Below, piece by piece: positions 60,954 through 64,000 of a DNA stretch of 64,000 nt. This DNA comes from Candidatus Multivoradales bacterium (GTDB lineage: Bacteria; Acidobacteriota; Thermoanaerobaculia; Multivoradales; JAHEKO01): assembly GCA_965223155.1 (NCBI GenBank), contig CBDCVR010000015.1, positions 704,001 to 768,000 on the forward strand, written 5' to 3'. A program made the position numbers and the translations under genes. The notes under the pieces were generated by a model. The model saw only the letters and a list, made by a program, of their open reading frames with translations, had not been told where the DNA came from and did not search any database. How positions within the stretch are numbered: position 1 is the first letter of the stretch; each line of letters starts with the position of its first letter.

Positions 60954-61826
60954 ATGAGGAACCAGCGAACAAGGGAGAACGCCAAACTCGTCGTCTTGAA
61001 GTGTGTGCGAACTATCGGCTGCCTCCTCGGCGCCATCGCCTTGCTGACGCCTCCAGCCTTTGCGAACGGCACGGTGGCCACACAGACCTCGTCGTTCCGG
61101 CTGGACAAAGACCGCAAAGTCAAGGCGCTCGAATTTCCGCCTCTAGTGCTCGCCCATCCGGACCCAAGCCTGCCAGCGCAGTTGCGCCTGCACGGTCTCG
61201 TCGATCAGGTCTCGCCCCTCTTGGGAAGCGGGCCGAGACGAAGTGGTCGGATCCGTGTCGTCGTCCGTTGCGAAGGTGTCCGCTCCACCGTCCTCGCCAA
61301 GAGGCGCCCGAAATTGGATGCCAACGGCAACTTCGTCCTGAGCGTGTCGGTACCCAGGAACAAGTGCGATCTCGTGAACGTCGCGGTCGAGGGAAGCGCC
61401 GGGAACCAGACCGTCGACGCGGGGTCGGAGATCACCGTCTCGACGTCGCTCAGCGTGCGACGGCCGGCGACCCCGACTGCGTGTCAGGCGGGCGGCGTGC
61501 TCTGCCTCCAGGACGGGCGTTTCCAGGCGCGGCTCGATTGGACGGACTTCGAAGCTAGGCAAGGTAACGGCTTCGCGCTGCAGCGAAGCGTCCACTCCGG
61601 GACCTTTCTTTTTCTCGACCCCGAAAACCTGAGCCTCTTCCTCAGGATCCTGGACGGCTGCAGCACCAATGGCGCCTACTGGGTGTTCGCCGCCGCCGAC
61701 ACGACGATTCGCTACTCGCTGACGATCACCGACACTGAAACCGGCGCCACCCAGACCTTCAGCAACCCGGAACGCAACGCCTCAGCGGCGATCGTCGAGT
61801 ACCAGGCCTTCACGACTTGTCCATAG
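60954..61826 (+). CDS. Secreted protein with a C-terminal CL..GRF...LDGC..NG.YWVF...TDT.TG domain
   Basis: AAGGAGA RBS, signal peptide (AFA-N), Cys-containing C-terminal module. Confidence 0.75.
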   Translation: MRNQRTRENAKLVVLKCVRTIGCLLGAIALLTPPAFANGTVATQTSSFRLDKDRKVKALEFPPLVLAHPDPSLPAQLRLHGLVDQVSPLLGSGPRRSGRIRVVVRCEGVRSTVLAKRRPKLDANGNFVLSVSVPRNKCDLVNVAVEGSAGNQTVDAGSEITVSTSLSVRRPATPTACQAGGVLCLQDGRFQARLDWTDFEARQGNGFALQRSVHSGTFLFLDPENLSLFLRILDGCSTNGAYWVFAAADTTIRYSLTITDTETGATQTFSNPERNASAAIVEYQAFTTCP

Positions 61827-61853
61827 GACCGGTCCCCACACGGGAGAGCGCTC

Positions 61854-62942
61854 TCAGTCCTGCTTGGCTTTTTCGGCAGCGGCTGCGGCCATCGGTGCCG
61901 CAGGCCCCATGAGCGCGGCCAGCCAGCGCAGCTCCTGCGAGCGCTCGAGCAAGAGCTTCATGATCATCGTCAGCGGCACCGACAGGATCATGCCGATCGG
62001 CCCCCAGATCCACCCCCAGAAGACCATCGCCATGAACACGACTAGGGTCGAAAGCCCGAACTTGCGCCCCATGAGCGCCGGCTCGATCAGATTGCCGATC
62101 AGGAAATTGACCGCCAGGTACCCCGCCGCCGCCAAGAGCGCCACCCACCAGCCCTGCTGAACGATTGCCACCAGGACCGCCGGAATCGCCGCCAGTATCG
62201 AGCCGATCGCCGGGATGTAGTTGAGCAGGAAGGCCAGAACCGCCCAGAACATCGGCACCGGCAGGTCCAAAAGCCACACCAGGAGCCAGACCACGAGACC
62301 CGTGGCCCCGCTCACCAGCGTCTTGACCCCCAGGTACTTCTGGATGTCGGCCATCACCACCCGCACGTTCTCGGACGCCAGCCGGCCGCCGCTCGTCTGC
62401 TTGAGCTTCTCGGGCAGGGCCACGACCTCGAACATGGCCATGATCAGAATGACGAAGACCACGCCCACGTACGAGATGAAGGTCGCCACTCCCTTGACCG
62501 TGCCGCCCAAGATCGAGCCGGCGAGATCCATCATCGAGCCGGTATCTAGGCGATCGGCCGAGATCCAGGCCGAAAGATCGATGCCTCGCTCCTCGAGGCC
62601 TGACAGCGTGCCGCGTAACTTCTCGACCAGGGCCTCGAGATAGCCGGGCGCGGCCCGAGCGAAGTCGTTGAACGTGGTCGAAATGAGATAGCCCAGAATC
62701 GACAGGGCCCCGCACTCCAGAAGCACCGTCACCAAGACCGCGAGCCACAGCCGCACCCCCCGGCTACAGAGCCAACCCACGATCGGCAGGCCGATAAGCG
62801 CCAGGAAAATCGCGAACAGAAACGGAATCAGAATCGCCCCCGCCGCCCGCAGCCCGGCGATCACGATCACCGTCGACGCCGCCAACAACAGCATCCGGCC
62901 CAGCCGCAGCTCCGGGGCGACAGCGTCGGTCTCGGGAGTCAC
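61854..62942 (-). CDS. AI-2E family transporter
   Basis: Multi-TM; YLGVKTLVS, FLLNYIPAIGS, IEPALMG, FWGWIWGPIGM.LSVPLT. Confidence 0.92.
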   Translation of the reverse strand: MTPETDAVAPELRLGRMLLLAASTVIVIAGLRAAGAILIPFLFAIFLALIGLPIVGWLCSRGVRLWLAVLVTVLLECGALSILGYLISTTFNDFARAAPGYLEALVEKLRGTLSGLEERGIDLSAWISADRLDTGSMMDLAGSILGGTVKGVATFISYVGVVFVILIMAMFEVVALPEKLKQTSGGRLASENVRVVMADIQKYLGVKTLVSGATGLVVWLLVWLLDLPVPMFWAVLAFLLNYIPAIGSILAAIPAVLVAIVQQGWWVALLAAAGYLAVNFLIGNLIEPALMGRKFGLSTLVVFMAMVFWGWIWGPIGMILSVPLTMIMKLLLERSQELRWLAALMGPAAPMAAAAAEKAKQD

Positions 62943-63047
62943 CCGGCTACGCTATCAGGGGTGAGCCGGCAGGGGCGGGCCGGGGTGGGAGAAGCGTCGC
63001 GGCGCCAGCCGTCCGTCAACCTGGACGCTCCGCCCGAGCCCGCAATC

Positions 63048-64000
63048 TCAGACCTGCGCTTGCCAGGCGCGCCACGCCCTCCGCGCGATGCTCAAGGCTT
63101 CCCGGGCTTGAGCCATCCCGCCCCTGCCGCGCGACGCACGTGCCTTGGCGCGAGCTTCGCGCCGACCCCCGCTCAGGCTTGCCGCCACGAGACGGGCCAG
63201 ATGGCTGGCGCGAGCGAGCCATCCGTCCTGGACCATCAAGAGGAGCCCGTGCTTGCCGAACACGTTCAGGCCATGCGAGCGCTCGTTCGCCAGAAACATG
63301 CGTTTGTCTGCGATGAGATCCAACCGTCGCTGGCGCTGGTCTCTGGGGCGGCCAGCCTGAACGGGCTCCGGGATCTCGCATCCGGCGCCGGCCACCAATC
63401 GGAGCGGCGTCCAGAAAGCCCTCGGATGCCTCATCCGGGACACGAACCAGAGAACCCGGCCCCAGTCGATTCCGAAATGCAGCTTCAGCGCTCGCGTGTC
63501 CCAGGCCGTCTTCAGTCCCAGAGCGAAGATGTGGCTGCACGAATGGACCAGTCCGTGCACCAGGAACGCCTCAGCGCTCAACCTGCGCAAGGCCGGGAGT
63601 TCTTCGGTAAGAGTCGGGGTGCTGGCGAGCAAGTCGCCCTCAGGTAGCGCCCACGATCTCGACATCACCCGGGTATGAATCTCGACCGGAACCCCACGGT
63701 GGACCACGGCCGCCAGATGATGCTCCGCACCCCGGGCATGCACGGCGTCGGACTCGAACCCGAGGCATAGCAAGGCGCGGCGAAGCTCGAATGCCGCCGA
63801 TGGCGCCACGTAGACGTCGATGTCCCGGGCCGAGCGGCTCCGAAACGCCAACTCCTCGGCTAGAGCCGACCATGTCGCCCCCTTGAGCACCACGCCAGTT
63901 GCACCTAAACGAGTCAGCTCGGAAGAAAGAAGCTGAAGGATCTCCGACTGGACCCTGTCCCGAACCGCGGTGGTTTCAGCGTCCGCTTCGAGCTGTCGGC
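63048..64000 (-). CDS. Nucleotidyltransferase-family protein (NTP_transf_5-like), 5' end outside the window
   Basis: VVLKGA...R...DIDVYV, VEIHT; the frame is open to the window edge. Confidence 0.8.
   Translation of the reverse strand, partial: RQLEADAETTAVRDRVQSEILQLLSSELTRLGATGVVLKGATWSALAEELAFRSRSARDIDVYVAPSAAFELRRALLCLGFESDAVHARGAEHHLAAVVHRGVPVEIHTRVMSRSWALPEGDLLASTPTLTEELPALRRLSAEAFLVHGLVHSCSHIFALGLKTAWDTRALKLHFGIDWGRVLWFVSRMRHPRAFWTPLRLVAGAGCEIPEPVQAGRPRDQRQRRLDLIADKRMFLANERSHGLNVFGKHGLLLMVQDGWLARASHLARLVAASLSGGRREARAKARASRGRGGMAQAREALSIARRAWRAWQAQV

Overview
GC-rich bacterial chromosomal window, probably from an Acidobacteriota (Thermoanaerobaculia-like) organism. This is inferred from the wHTH-TM-TPR regulator, the Hfq paralog and a characteristic C-terminal domain at 61.5 kb. 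Left to right: (1) an IS110-family recombinase flanked on BOTH sides by homologous structured non-coding segments that look like a split bridge RNA; (2) a TetR-controlled anaerobic benzoyl-CoA degradation operon (had-oah-dch-bcrCBAD) with a divergent hemerythrin gene; (3) an accessory region (about 10.8-21.9 kb) with decayed genes and two tandem, integrase-less islets at tRNA-Ser(TGA), each with a toxin-antitoxin pair at its distal end, the larger one carrying a membrane-anchored sensor-regulator and an array of secreted DUF1579-like paralogs; (4) core-like genes: serS, pdxA, an Hfq-like gene, ricT/PSP1, purD, an MbnH-like di-heme protein, trmH, msrA, aceEF-lpdA, sodC, an M14 peptidase, a DprE1/E2-like pair, a sulfatase-like hydrolase, pepF, the suf operon and an AI-2E transporter. 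All assignments are by eye from motifs; no database searches or folding programs were run.
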